Shown here piece by piece: positions 54,165-64,000 of a stretch of 64,000 nucleotides of DNA. This stretch comes from Candidatus Nitrospinota bacterium M3_3B_026 (lineage in GTDB: Bacteria; Nitrospinota_A; UBA7883; JBPRGF01): NCBI GenBank assembly GCA_051418015.1, contig JBPRGF010000024.1, positions 1-64,000 of the forward strand, read 5' to 3'. The position numbers and the translations under genes are program-made. The notes under the pieces are model-generated. The model had not been told where the DNA came from and did no database searches. It worked only from the letters and a program-made list of their open reading frames with translations. Positions within the stretch are counted from its first letter, which is position 1. The number at the start of each line of letters is the position of its first letter.

Positions 54165-56246
54165 GTGACCGCCGGGGCGAAAACCAAGCCAGCCGTATCC
54201 CTTATCTTCCCGCCGCTGTTCGGGGCGGGTTTTTTCTGCCTATGGTTTTTCGCGGCGCTTTTCGCCTACTCGGGTTTCGAGGTGATGGGCGAGGCGGACG
54301 AGACGCTGCGTGCTTACGTGGAGTCCAACTACTTCTGGTTCAGCATCCTCTTCCAGGCGTCCATCCTCGGGGTCACCGCCGCGGTGGGGGCGCTGGTGGG
54401 CTTGCTCTCCGCCCTTCTCGGAAGACGTTTCGGCGGCAGGATCACGGCTTACGGGCTGCCGGTGTTTTTCTGGGTGGTCATGGTCCAGCGGCTTCTTGTC
54501 CGCCAGCCGCAGTTTTTCGACGGGCCGTTTCTCGACCAGCGGCCTGTCCTGAAGGAGATTTTTTTCTTTTCCACGGCGTGGCTGGATCCTTTCATGGTAG
54601 ACTTCGCCGCGGCGCTTGCGGCCCTGGCGCTGCTATATGTCCCCCTGGCCGCCACGGCGGCGTGGACGGTTCGGTCCAGGAAGAGAGCCGCCGCCATCGC
54701 CGTCATCGCCGTCGGCTGGAACGTCTACGAGGGAAGGCTGGACGGCCTGCTGCCGGCGCAGAAGGAAAAGCCGAACGTCCTGCTCATAGTCATAGACTCG
54801 TTGCGCTCCGACCACCTCTCCATGAACGGCTATGAGAGGGACACCACCCCGGTTATCGACTCCCTGGCCGAAAGGGGCGCGATCTTCGAGAAGGTGATAG
54901 TCGACCTGCCGCGGACTTTTCCTAGCTGGATCACGATGATGACGGGCCAGTACTCGATGACCCATGGCGTGCGGCACATGTTCCCGACGGCCGAGCAACG
55001 AAGGCTGATCCATCCGCCCCTGCCGAGGATCATGGCCGAAAAAGGATGGAGCACGGCCGTCGCCGCCGATTTCGCCGGGGACATATTCCCCAGGGTGGAC
55101 CTCGGGTTCCAGACCGTGGACGCGCCGGACTTCACCTTCGACGACCTTGTGAAGATAAGGAACCTGGAGATACATCCTCTCTCCATGTCCTTGCTGAACA
55201 ACGCGGCGGGAGAGGCCGTGTACCCGTCGATAAGGGAGATGGTCTACAACTGCGATCCGGCGGCGCTGGCCGGAAGGGTTTCTGAGAGGCTGCGTTCCTT
55301 CAACCGCGACAGGCCCTTTTTCCTGGCCGTTTTCTTCTCCGCCACGCACATCCCATACGCCGCGCCGGGGCCGTATTACAAAAGGTACGCGAAAGACGGC
55401 TACTCCGGCCCGCACAGGTTCCAGAAAAAGGACCTGCTGATGACCGAGAACAACCTGACCCCGTCCGACAGGCGCCATCTCGTTGACCTTTACGACGGGG
55501 CGCTGAGGGCCGTGGACGACCAGATAGGGGCTATCCTGGACGATCTCGAAAACCTCGGCTACGCGGACAATACCATAATCGCCGTGACGGGCGACCACGG
55601 CGAGAATTTTTACGAGCACTACTCGGAGGTGGGCCACGGCAACCACCTTAAAGGCCCCCACGCCGTGACAACCCCACTCGTGATCCACAGCCCGGACAGA
55701 AAGTTCGCCGTCCGCCGCGTAAAATGGCAGGCCAGGAGCGTCGACCTCGCGCCGACGCTGGCCGAGCTTTCCGGCGCGGCCATGCCGGAGACGGCGGGAA
55801 GATCGCTTCTCCCCATGCTGGAGGGCGTGGAGGTGGAACACAGGCTCGCCTACTCGGAGACCGGCCTATGGTATGTCAATGAGGGGCCGTTTTTCTTCCA
55901 GGACAAAAGGATAAAATATCCCGGCGTCACGAGGCTTTGCGAGGTGGACGGGGAATGGCGGGGTGAGGTGGTCATAAAGAACAGGTACCAGCCGCTCGTG
56001 ACCGCCGCCAAGCACAGGATGATCTCCGACGGCCGGTTCAAGCTGATCGTCATGCCGACGGCTGAAGGAGTGGAGACGGAGCTTTACGACCTCGCCGCCG
56101 ATCCGCGGGAGGCTCACGACCTGTCGGAGAAGCTCCCCGGAAAAACCTCCGAGATGATGGTAAAGCTCAAGACCCTGCTGGAGGAAAGCTCCAGCGCGGA
56201 GTTTTTCGGTGGGATACCCTTCTCCCGCCGGGAGTTTCAATGGTGA
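54165..56246 (+). CDS. Membrane-anchored sulfatase-fold (alkaline phosphatase superfamily) hydrolase/transferase
   Basis: About 5 N-terminal TM, IDSLRSDH, RTFPS, HIPY, GDHGE, GHG. Confidence 0.88.
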   Translation: MTAGAKTKPAVSLIFPPLFGAGFFCLWFFAALFAYSGFEVMGEADETLRAYVESNYFWFSILFQASILGVTAAVGALVGLLSALLGRRFGGRITAYGLPVFFWVVMVQRLLVRQPQFFDGPFLDQRPVLKEIFFFSTAWLDPFMVDFAAALAALALLYVPLAATAAWTVRSRKRAAAIAVIAVGWNVYEGRLDGLLPAQKEKPNVLLIVIDSLRSDHLSMNGYERDTTPVIDSLAERGAIFEKVIVDLPRTFPSWITMMTGQYSMTHGVRHMFPTAEQRRLIHPPLPRIMAEKGWSTAVAADFAGDIFPRVDLGFQTVDAPDFTFDDLVKIRNLEIHPLSMSLLNNAAGEAVYPSIREMVYNCDPAALAGRVSERLRSFNRDRPFFLAVFFSATHIPYAAPGPYYKRYAKDGYSGPHRFQKKDLLMTENNLTPSDRRHLVDLYDGALRAVDDQIGAILDDLENLGYADNTIIAVTGDHGENFYEHYSEVGHGNHLKGPHAVTTPLVIHSPDRKFAVRRVKWQARSVDLAPTLAELSGAAMPETAGRSLLPMLEGVEVEHRLAYSETGLWYVNEGPFFFQDKRIKYPGVTRLCEVDGEWRGEVVIKNRYQPLVTAAKHRMISDGRFKLIVMPTAEGVETELYDLAADPREAHDLSEKLPGKTSEMMVKLKTLLEESSSAEFFGGIPFSRREFQW

Positions 56247-58744
56247 GAAAGATCGTTCGGCGGGCCGCGTGGGCTCTCCTCGCCGCCGCCGCTCTATACA
56301 TCTTCTGGATGGGCGTTTTCGTCCTGCCCAACCCTTCACGCGTCTCCGATCCCCTGCTGGTTCTTGAAGGGACGGAGCGTTTCGGCGGCCAGCGTCTGCA
56401 AGTGACGCAAGACCTGCTCTTCGAGCTTGAGAGCGCCGAGGTCAGCGCGCCGAACCTTGAGCAAGGAAAGGCGCTGCTTTCCGGGACGCCTTTTTTCGCG
56501 GATCATCCCTTCACCCGGCTGGAAAAAAACCAGAACATGGCCGTCAGCATGACCCAGGGCAAGCACGCGATGTTCCTGGAGCAGCGAGACGCGGTCTACA
56601 TGCCGACGCCCTCAAGCGTCCGCTACAGGCTGGAGGTTCCGGAGGGGGCAAGGCTCCGGTTCGGAACGTCCATCATGAGCCGGCTGGACGGGAGGGCCCA
56701 GGCGTCCGTCACCTTCAAAGTCCGCGTCGAGACGGAAAGGAACAAAAAAGAGGTCTTCAGCAAGACGCTTCGCCCGGAGCCTGAGTTCCCCTGGGGCGAG
56801 GACGATTTCTGGTATCACACATTCCTGAAGTTCATCAGGATCGACCACGGCTTCTGGAACGGGAAATGGTATGACAACGAGATAGACCTCGGCCCCTGGG
56901 CTGGCGAAAAGATAGTCCTTGTCTTCACCGCCGAGGCGGAGAATGGCCCCCTGTCCCACGGCTTTCTGGGGACGCCGAGGATAGTGGCGCCGGACAACAC
57001 AAAAAAACCTAACGTCATCGTGGTCATAATGGATACCCTCCGCGCTGACCACGTTGGCGTCAACGACCCGGACGCCAGGGGGCTTACCCCCAGCATCGAC
57101 AAGGTCGCCGAAGAGGGCATAAGCTTCACCAACGTCCGCTCCCAGGGCAACTGGTCGCGAGGCTCCTTCGCCTCCATATTCACAGGGCTGCCCGTTCCAC
57201 GCCTCGGGTTCTCGGAGCGGTGGAGCTTCACGGACGAGGAGAAGAGGATTTTTTATGAAAGACGGCCCCCTTCCCTGGCCGGCCAGTTCAGGAGGGCCGG
57301 GTACGCGGCGGTTTCCATAGGGAACAACCCTTTCGTTTACGATGGCAGCCCCGTCGGGCTCCACCTCGGCTTCGGCCAGGCGATAGACGTGCAGCGCGAG
57401 CCATACGACACGGAGTTTTCCACCACCGAGGCGATCCGCTGGCTCAAGGAGCGCGGAGACGAACGCTTTTTCATGATGTTCACCCTTAACTCCGCCCACA
57501 GCCCTTTCCGGCCGCCTTTCAAGTATCTTTGGCGCGGCTTTAAAGCGTCCTGGGAGAATATAAAGAATCCACAGAAGCTTCTGTACAGGGGCGCCGTGGC
57601 GTATGGCGACGACTATTTCGGTGAATTCCTGGCGGCGCTGGACAGGCTGGGGCTTTCCGAGAACACTATACTCGTGGTCACCGCCGACCATGGGGTGGTC
57701 CTCGACCACGAGGGCGCCATACGCTCCAAACCCGGCGGAAGGTACGACTGGATAAAGGCCACCCACACCCACACCCTCTACGACGAGGAACTTCGCGTCC
57801 CCCTCGTGGCGCGGTATCCCGGCAGGGCGGCGGGGGGCGCGAAATCCCCGGCGCCGCTCGCGTTGCTCGATCTCGCCCCGACGCTGGCCGAGGCCGCGGG
57901 CGTGGCGGGGGATCCGCGCTGGCCGGGGACGAGCTTCGCCGAGGAATTGTCCAAGCCCGACGGGCGGCTTGAAGGCGCGCCCAAAGGCGGCCGTTACATC
58001 ACCGCCGAGGGGGAGAGCGTCTGGTCGATGACCACGCCGGACGGATACAAGTACATAAGGCGCGGCGTCCGCATGGCCAGGGCGCTCGACAAGCCCGGCG
58101 GCGCGCCCCGGTCCATCATGGAGGAGGTCTTTGATCTTGAAAAAGACCCCGGCGAGGCGAAGGACCTGTCGAGGAGCGCCCCGGGGCTGGTCGAGCGGCT
58201 GAGAGACGAATTCGCGCGTGAATATCCGCCCCACGTCCGCGTCTACAAGTCGCTCATCCGCGGCGTGGACGGCCTCGACTCCGTGAGGCTCGATCTTTCA
58301 ACAGAAGGGCGGTTCGTCTTCCTGGACGTTTCTCCCGCCGGAGGCGCGGAAGGGCTTTCCGTAAACGTGGAAAACAAAGGGGACGGCGAAAGGACGGTGA
58401 CCCTCGACGGGCTAAAAACCTTCGTCAGGGTCTTTTTCGAGATCCAGCCGAACAGCGCCCCCGTCTCCATCGAGGTCCGGGACGGTCGCGGAGCGCCCCT
58501 GGGACCCGGAATGTTGAGAATCACGCCGCTGGGGATAAAAAACGGCGCCCCATCGATCACGCTCCGGGCGTGGCGGGACAGCTTTTATCTGTCCGACCCG
58601 CAAAGGCTGATGGACGAAATGGCGAAGGAGGACGGGGTGTACATCGGCGCCATCCCCTTCTCCGTGTGGCGGCAGGACGCGGCCGAGGGGGCGAGGCTCG
58701 ACCCGGAGCTTGAGAAGATGATGAGAAAATGGGGATACCTGTGA
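56240..58744 (+). CDS. Exported sulfatase-fold hydrolase/transferase with N-terminal beta-sandwich domain
   Basis: MDTLRADH, NWSRGSF, HSPF, ADHG, DPGE, C-terminal WGYL. Confidence 0.88.
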   Translation: MVRKIVRRAAWALLAAAALYIFWMGVFVLPNPSRVSDPLLVLEGTERFGGQRLQVTQDLLFELESAEVSAPNLEQGKALLSGTPFFADHPFTRLEKNQNMAVSMTQGKHAMFLEQRDAVYMPTPSSVRYRLEVPEGARLRFGTSIMSRLDGRAQASVTFKVRVETERNKKEVFSKTLRPEPEFPWGEDDFWYHTFLKFIRIDHGFWNGKWYDNEIDLGPWAGEKIVLVFTAEAENGPLSHGFLGTPRIVAPDNTKKPNVIVVIMDTLRADHVGVNDPDARGLTPSIDKVAEEGISFTNVRSQGNWSRGSFASIFTGLPVPRLGFSERWSFTDEEKRIFYERRPPSLAGQFRRAGYAAVSIGNNPFVYDGSPVGLHLGFGQAIDVQREPYDTEFSTTEAIRWLKERGDERFFMMFTLNSAHSPFRPPFKYLWRGFKASWENIKNPQKLLYRGAVAYGDDYFGEFLAALDRLGLSENTILVVTADHGVVLDHEGAIRSKPGGRYDWIKATHTHTLYDEELRVPLVARYPGRAAGGAKSPAPLALLDLAPTLAEAAGVAGDPRWPGTSFAEELSKPDGRLEGAPKGGRYITAEGESVWSMTTPDGYKYIRRGVRMARALDKPGGAPRSIMEEVFDLEKDPGEAKDLSRSAPGLVERLRDEFAREYPPHVRVYKSLIRGVDGLDSVRLDLSTEGRFVFLDVSPAGGAEGLSVNVENKGDGERTVTLDGLKTFVRVFFEIQPNSAPVSIEVRDGRGAPLGPGMLRITPLGIKNGAPSITLRAWRDSFYLSDPQRLMDEMAKEDGVYIGAIPFSVWRQDAAEGARLDPELEKMMRKWGYL

Positions 58745-58835
58745 GCGTCTTTTTTTTAAAAAAGCGTTGATCGCAAAGCGTTTCTTGGTATAATTCCGCC
58801 CTGTAGCGGTTGAATTATCCTTTTCCGGAGAGTAG

Positions 58836-59066
58836 ATGAACCAGGACAAGATCAAAACAATCATGGCGTCGATCAACGAAAGTCTCGTGGAGAAAGACGC
58901 CACGCTGGAGGAGGTGGAGGCGCTGGTTCATTCCATTGTCCGCCATTTCCTGGACAACCTTACCGATATCGCTGATATAGACTACTTCCAGGACAGGCTC
59001 AATGACATGGTCGACAAGTATGTCGACACTCATTTCGAGGATGTCCTGGAGGACAAGGCCGGGTGA
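58836..59066 (+). CDS. Small acidic hypothetical protein
   Basis: 76 aa, GGAGAG RBS, upstream TGGTATAAT extended -10. Confidence 0.75.
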   Translation: MNQDKIKTIMASINESLVEKDATLEEVEALVHSIVRHFLDNLTDIADIDYFQDRLNDMVDKYVDTHFEDVLEDKAG

Positions 59067-59249
59067 GCCCGGTAATAAAACTACTTCGCCGGGTACGGCC
59101 TGGCGGCGCGGCGCCCGCGTCATCCATGGATTGACTTGAACAGTGTATTTTGTTAAATTTTAAGGGCCTGCGCGGATTTTCTTTCGCTTGCCGGGCGGGG
59201 CGTCTTGTGGAAATGAAATTTTAGCTTTTCCGGGAGCAAGGGGTTTTTC

Positions 59250-59537
59250 ATGACAAAATCGGAGATGGCTGAAAAGCTCGCCGAGAAGATCAACATCAAA
59301 AAGCAGCAGGCCGAAGAGATAATCAATATCTTCACCAACAGCATCATCGACGCGCTGGCCCGCGGCGACAAGGTGGAGATACGCGGCTTCGGCAGCTTCC
59401 GGGTGCGCCATCGCGCGGCCAAGGAGGGACGCAACCCGAAAACCGGAGAGAAGGTCTTCGTCCCGGCCAAAAAAGTCCCCTTCTTCAAGACGGGCAAGGA
59501 TTTCCGGGAAATCGTGGACAAAAAACCCGAAGAATAG
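59250..59537 (+). CDS. ihfB: Integration host factor beta / HU family DNA-binding protein
   Basis: MTKSE..KVEIRGFGSF..GRNPKTGE..VPFFKTGK. Confidence 0.88.
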   Translation: MTKSEMAEKLAEKINIKKQQAEEIINIFTNSIIDALARGDKVEIRGFGSFRVRHRAAKEGRNPKTGEKVFVPAKKVPFFKTGKDFREIVDKKPEE

Positions 59538-59604
59538 CCTTGACGGCTGTGCGCAGCCGATCTCCTTCTTCCCAGGTCAGCATTTTCTCTTTCAGACCTG
59601 ATTT

Positions 59605-60852
59605 TCAGCGTGAAACATCGGCCACTATGACCGCGTAGCGCCCCTCGATTTTTCCCACGAGGCCGACGGTTGTCTCTCCCCCCTCGGCGACGTTTATCTT
59701 CATTGTCTTCTCAAAGGGCCGGAGAGCGCGTTCCTCTATCCCGCCATCCTTTTCCACGGTGGGGTAATAGCCGAACGTGACCCGCGCCGTCCCAGCCGGA
59801 ACTGGCCCGTCGAGGAAAACACCGTCGGGGCTCATCCGCAAGTAGGCCCCGTTCAGACGCGCGTAAAACCCGCTCGCGTGGATGTCCTCGACCCGCGCTC
59901 CCGCGCTCCGGGCCAGGCTCTCGGCATCCATGTACGAAAAATACTCCGCCCTCATCCCCTCCACGCTATCCACCCGGGAGAGGGCAAGGCGCAGCCGTCC
60001 CGTCTTCCGCTCCCGATGACGCACGGTGATCTCGTCCAGTGACTCCGCCTGCAGCCCCACCGCTCCGGGGAAAAGGCGGAACCGCCGCCAGACCTGCCGA
60101 GTCTTGTTTTTCTGCCCGGCGTTTCTCGCGGCGAGAACAAGATCCAGCGCCCCGTCCTCCTCAACCCGCATCCTCCCCATCACGAAGACATCCGCCCCAA
60201 GGCGCCCGCCGAGCCGCTCCAGCGCGGCGTCATCCAGGCTCCGCGACGTGTTCACGCCTATCCTGAAAAGCTCTTCGGAAAGCCCGGCGCTCCCGGAGCA
60301 GTCAAACTGCGGTCTCAAGCAGAGATGTTTTTCAAGCTTTTCGAAAACCGCGTCCGTGGCGCGTGTTCTGTCTCCGTAAGGGTCCGTCATGTCCAGCGGG
60401 ACGACCCTCAAGGGCCCGCCGCCGGGGTCTCCAAGGAAGGTGTCGGCCATGCTTTGAAGGAAGGGCAGGAAGATGTTCACCTGCTCATCCCTGTCCAGGA
60501 CGAAGGCAAGACGCGCCCCGTCAAGTATCTCCCTCGACGCCGCGGCGAGCCTCCCCGTTGGGGCCTCGCTCGACGCGGATGTCACAACCAGCTCGCCCGC
60601 AGGAATGAGCCCCCGGCCGCCGTTCCTGCCCCGCGCGCCCGGTTTCGCCTTCGTGTATACCATCAGCCTGTCGCCTTTCACGATCACCGCCGGGTCGATG
60701 TCGAGCGCGGCGGCGTCCCCCACGGTCATGAAACGTCCCTCGTCCCGCGGCGCGATGTCCCCGGCGAACTCCGTCTCCGCCAGGGCCGGAGGAGAGAGAG
60801 CAAAGGCCAGCGAGAAAGCCAAAGTCGAAAGCGCGACGGAGAGTCTCATCAT
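59605..60852 (-). CDS. Exported hypothetical protein downstream of the secretin
   Basis: Signal peptide; start overlaps the secretin stop. Confidence 0.75.
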   Translation of the reverse strand: MMRLSVALSTLAFSLAFALSPPALAETEFAGDIAPRDEGRFMTVGDAAALDIDPAVIVKGDRLMVYTKAKPGARGRNGGRGLIPAGELVVTSASSEAPTGRLAAASREILDGARLAFVLDRDEQVNIFLPFLQSMADTFLGDPGGGPLRVVPLDMTDPYGDRTRATDAVFEKLEKHLCLRPQFDCSGSAGLSEELFRIGVNTSRSLDDAALERLGGRLGADVFVMGRMRVEEDGALDLVLAARNAGQKNKTRQVWRRFRLFPGAVGLQAESLDEITVRHRERKTGRLRLALSRVDSVEGMRAEYFSYMDAESLARSAGARVEDIHASGFYARLNGAYLRMSPDGVFLDGPVPAGTARVTFGYYPTVEKDGGIEERALRPFEKTMKINVAEGGETTVGLVGKIEGRYAVIVADVSR

Positions 60853-62540
60853 CGGCGATCCTCCTTGATTATCGAAGGCGTTATGAAGACCAGCAACTCA
60901 AGCTCGTTGTCCACTCTCCTGTCGTTTTTGAACAGCCATCCAAGGACGGGGATTTTGTGGAACCATGGCACGCGGTCCTGGAACCCCCCGTCCTCGCCCT
61001 CGAACAGGCCCCCCAGGACGGCGGAGCCGCCGTTGTCCACCGCCACGCTGGTCACCAGCTCCTTTTTCTTGATGGCGGGCGTCCCCTGTACGCTCAGTTC
61101 TCTGTCCACCTCGTTTTTCTTCGCCTCGATCTTGAGCCTGATCCTGTTGTCCTCCATGATCTGCGGCGTGACGGACAGGGAGATCACCGCCTCCTTGAAC
61201 CGGACTGTGACGCCGGTGTTGGCCGAGGAGGCCTGGTATGGCACCTCCCTGCCGGACTTTATGACTGCCTCCTCGCCGTTTATGGCCATCACCTTCGGGT
61301 TGGAGAGAGTGCGGCTGACGCCCGCCCGTTCCATGGCGTATAGCCTGGCCTGGATCAGCGCCGCCCCGGAGGCGTCCCCCAGCGTCACCCCCACCACGGC
61401 GCCCGCCGGGTTCGGCAGCACCTCTCCCGTGACGGGGTCCACGGCGCCCTCCGGCGGCAGCGATACGCCGTAAGGGCCCTGCGCCCCCTGTCCGCCTCCA
61501 TATATCCCTATGGTGTTGGGAAAAACCCGGTTGGTAACCCTCATGGCGTGGCCGCCCCACTGGATGCCAAGGTCCCTGACGTGGCTTCTTTGTATCTCGA
61601 CTATCCTGGCTTCTATGTACACCTGCCGGGGGCGGACGTCTATCTCCTCTATCCTCTGCATGATCCTCGGCATGACCGCCTCGGGGGCGGTTATGGTGAC
61701 GAGGCTTTCCGCCCTGAACACGGCGAACCGCGCCTCGGGCCCGAGGAGGATCTTTTTCGCGTCCGCCTTCGCGCCTTCCACGCCGTGGTCATTGGCGGAG
61801 TCCGCGCCGTTGGTGAAAAGCTTTTTCAGGTACGCCACGGCCTCTCCAGGGTCGGCATAGCGGAACCTGTAGCTTTTCGTCGCCATCCGCTCCGTTTTCT
61901 CCAGGAGAGAGGCGTAGTATTTTTCCTCGGCCGTTTTCCTGCGCCCCCTGGCGAGCTTTATGGCGTTGTCGGCGGCTTCTTTTCTCAATTTCTGCTCGTT
62001 CAGCAGGTTTTCGTATGTGGTGACGACGATCATGTCGTTTTCATCGACGGCCGATGGTGTTTCCGTGTCGGCGAAGATGTCCTCGCCGCCGGACGCGGCC
62101 GCCACCCCGGCGGCGAGGACGATAATTCTTAAAGCCTCGGTCCAGCTCGCGTCCTCGATCAAAAGCGGCGGCAGGGGGCGCTTGCCAGCCCCCGGGCGGG
62201 TCAAGAACTTCAATCCAGATACATCCGCGATGAGGTCTATCGCCTCCTCGACGGTAGCGTCTCTCAGGTTCAGCGAGACTTTCGGAGTTTCGCTGGATCG
62301 CGCGCCGGGAAGGAAGACGACCTGCTCCTTCGGCCCTGAAGACAAGGGAGCGGAGGGCGCGGCTTCGATCGTTTCCAGGGGCGGAGGGTCCATCTTGAAC
62401 TCCGGGGGCAGGGGGCCGTATGAGGGCTCACTCACCTTAATGGCGGGGGGGGTTACGGTCTCCGGTTTCTCCGCTGGCTTCGGCGCGGTGGCGCAGGCCG
62501 AGAGGGTGAAAGCCGCGATGGTAATCAACGATCCTCTCAT
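60849..62540 (-). CDS. PilQ-like secretin (lipoprotein-type signal peptide)
   Basis: QVYIEARIVE, LGIQWGG, LGGLF..VPWFHKIPVLGWLFK, ELLVFITP; LSAC lipobox. Confidence 0.9.
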   Translation of the reverse strand: MRGSLITIAAFTLSACATAPKPAEKPETVTPPAIKVSEPSYGPLPPEFKMDPPPLETIEAAPSAPLSSGPKEQVVFLPGARSSETPKVSLNLRDATVEEAIDLIADVSGLKFLTRPGAGKRPLPPLLIEDASWTEALRIIVLAAGVAAASGGEDIFADTETPSAVDENDMIVVTTYENLLNEQKLRKEAADNAIKLARGRRKTAEEKYYASLLEKTERMATKSYRFRYADPGEAVAYLKKLFTNGADSANDHGVEGAKADAKKILLGPEARFAVFRAESLVTITAPEAVMPRIMQRIEEIDVRPRQVYIEARIVEIQRSHVRDLGIQWGGHAMRVTNRVFPNTIGIYGGGQGAQGPYGVSLPPEGAVDPVTGEVLPNPAGAVVGVTLGDASGAALIQARLYAMERAGVSRTLSNPKVMAINGEEAVIKSGREVPYQASSANTGVTVRFKEAVISLSVTPQIMEDNRIRLKIEAKKNEVDRELSVQGTPAIKKKELVTSVAVDNGGSAVLGGLFEGEDGGFQDRVPWFHKIPVLGWLFKNDRRVDNELELLVFITPSIIKEDRR

Positions 62541-62878
62541 CTTGCCGCCTCCCCGTCCGAAATCCCCAGGATCATCCGCGATCCGTTTTTTTCGACCGTC
62601 ACGGCGTTTATGTCTATCCGCGTTATCACCCCGCCGTCAAGGGTGGAGCCGACCGTGAGCCTGCGGCCGTCTATTACGGCGATTTTTGCGTCCAGGCTTA
62701 TGAGGATCATCTCAACCTTAGGGGCCCTCTTCGCGGCGGACTTAGGCGCTGGCTCACCCTCGGACCGCGGGGCCTGTTTCTCTCCGAACATGAAAGGGGC
62801 GCGGTAGGACTCAGCGCCATCGGCGAGAGACAAGGCGCAAAGGGACAAAACCGCCGCCAACAGTCTTGATAATCGCAT
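62537..62878 (-). CDS. PilP/MshK-like small exported protein
   Basis: YRAPF, IAVIDGRRLTVG...ITRI; ATG at 62878. Confidence 0.65.
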   Translation of the reverse strand: MRLSRLLAAVLSLCALSLADGAESYRAPFMFGEKQAPRSEGEPAPKSAAKRAPKVEMILISLDAKIAVIDGRRLTVGSTLDGGVITRIDINAVTVEKNGSRMILGISDGEAAR

Positions 62879-62879
62879 T

Positions 62880-63431
62880 CTACAGACCGAAAACCTCAAG
62901 CTCCATGTCCGCCGCGAGTCTCGAGGGCGGGTAGCCCCCGATCGCCGCGATCTCAAGCCTTCTCAGGGAGACGGGGTGATCCGCCTCCATGACCTTCTCC
63001 ACGAACCCCGCGATGGCGCGCCAGCCCGCTTCCACCCTGACCATGACTTTCGAAGGCTTCCTCGTTGTTCCAGCCCTCCCGTTGCGGGGGGACATCTCCA
63101 TGAGCGCCACGTCCACGCCAGAGATCTCCGCCGCCGTCTTGAGAAGCCTCAGAGTCTTGTCCGCGCTTTCAGTCCTGTTGAAAAATTCGCGCGTCTTGTC
63201 GGCCTTCGCGGCCAGGAGGGCCTCTTTTTTCGCCGCTTCGGCCAGAAGCCGCGAGGGATCGCCCAGCCGCTCCAGCCTCCGCGAGGAGGCATTCACAGAC
63301 GCTGAAAGAACGGCCAGCCTCTCCTTTTTCTCCTGGCTCTCCTTGTACGAAGGCGCAAGGGAGAAAAAGCCGGCCGCCAGGAGCAACGCCGCCAGGGCCG
63401 CCGGAGCGGCGATCTTCTCCCACGCCGTCAT
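62880..63431 (-). CDS. PilO-like alignment-complex protein
   Basis: TM plus coiled coil plus ferredoxin-like fold (AGWRAIAGFVEKV); position between pilN-like and pilP-like genes. Confidence 0.7.
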   Translation of the reverse strand: MTAWEKIAAPAALAALLLAAGFFSLAPSYKESQEKKERLAVLSASVNASSRRLERLGDPSRLLAEAAKKEALLAAKADKTREFFNRTESADKTLRLLKTAAEISGVDVALMEMSPRNGRAGTTRKPSKVMVRVEAGWRAIAGFVEKVMEADHPVSLRRLEIAAIGGYPPSRLAADMELEVFGL

Positions 63432-63997
63432 CTGGACTCCTTTTTCTGGCTTTTCGCCCCTTTGCTCTTCGATTGTTTCAGCGCGGCCTTCATCCTGAAA
63501 ACCGAAAAGTCCCCATTGCCGTTTTCGTAGCGCTCCAGCCTCCGCAACAGGACAGAGCCGACGGCTGGGAGATCCTCGAGGTTTTCGGAAAGCTCGGCGA
63601 TGGCGCGCATCCTTTCGTTCGCTGGCCCCCGGGCCAGCCCCTCGACTTCCAGGATTCCGCTCTCCGCCACGTCCAGCGACAGCCTGGTCAACGCCAGGTT
63701 TTTCGGCATGGCCCCCGCTACGCCGTTAAAAAAAACCGCCCAGTCGATCCCCGATCCGCGCAGGGCGGGGTACCCGGCCAGCTCCGTTTCGAGCCTGCTG
63801 ATATTGCCCCGGATGGAGCGGAGCCTGTCGTGGAGGCTCTCGCGTTCGGCCAGCCGTTCTCTCATGGCGCCTGCCCGCGCTTCGAGCGCGGCTGTTTGCG
63901 TTTCCACGCTGGATATGGCGCTTTCCATCCCCTGTCGCGCAAAGAAGATGAAAACCGCAGCGGCCGCCGCCACCAGCCAGTAGGGCCATCTGTTCAA
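63428..63997 (-). CDS. PilN-like alignment-complex protein
   Basis: TM plus coiled coil, W..FF..VAGAMPKNLALTRL, LEVEGLA. Confidence 0.75.
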   Translation of the reverse strand: MNRWPYWLVAAAAAVFIFFARQGMESAISSVETQTAALEARAGAMRERLAERESLHDRLRSIRGNISRLETELAGYPALRGSGIDWAVFFNGVAGAMPKNLALTRLSLDVAESGILEVEGLARGPANERMRAIAELSENLEDLPAVGSVLLRRLERYENGNGDFSVFRMKAALKQSKSKGAKSQKKESR

Positions 63998-64000
63998 GGC

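Overview
GC-rich bacterial chromosome segment. The gene content suggests an anaerobic or microaerophilic Gram-negative organism, possibly Nitrospinota- or deltaproteobacteria-like (inference only). Positions ~1-3790 are the right end of a genomic island integrated at the 3' end of tRNA-Asn(GTT). The island end carries a tyrosine integrase, a type IV AbiEi/AbiEii toxin-antitoxin pair with its operator inverted repeat, and two divergent HTH regulators around a C-box-like operator. A 112-bp direct repeat brackets the AbiE module. The rest is core and metabolic backbone: STAS-lemA-htpX, selA-ubiD-family gene, peptide ABC permeases, proS, rlmN, der, a MoxR/Bat operon, a GlcF-like Fe-S protein, a tRNA nucleotidyltransferase, a short Rho, a giant CoA-activase plus ferredoxin, a Gld-like ABC operon ending in grpE-dnaJ, nadA, a four-gene split glutamate-synthase-like operon, a Crp/Fnr regulator, two sulfatase-fold membrane enzymes, ihfB and a PilN/O/P/Q-like secretin cluster. 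The most notable signal is a candidate small Crp/Fnr regulon. Two paralogous four-helix His-x-His membrane proteins lie 36 kb apart, one fused to DUF1858-like domains and one next to a siroheme/Fe-S half-reductase. Each has a TATGAT-N4-ATCATA-type box at class II activator distance from a -10 element. No CRISPR array was seen. All calls come from reading the sequence; no searches were run.
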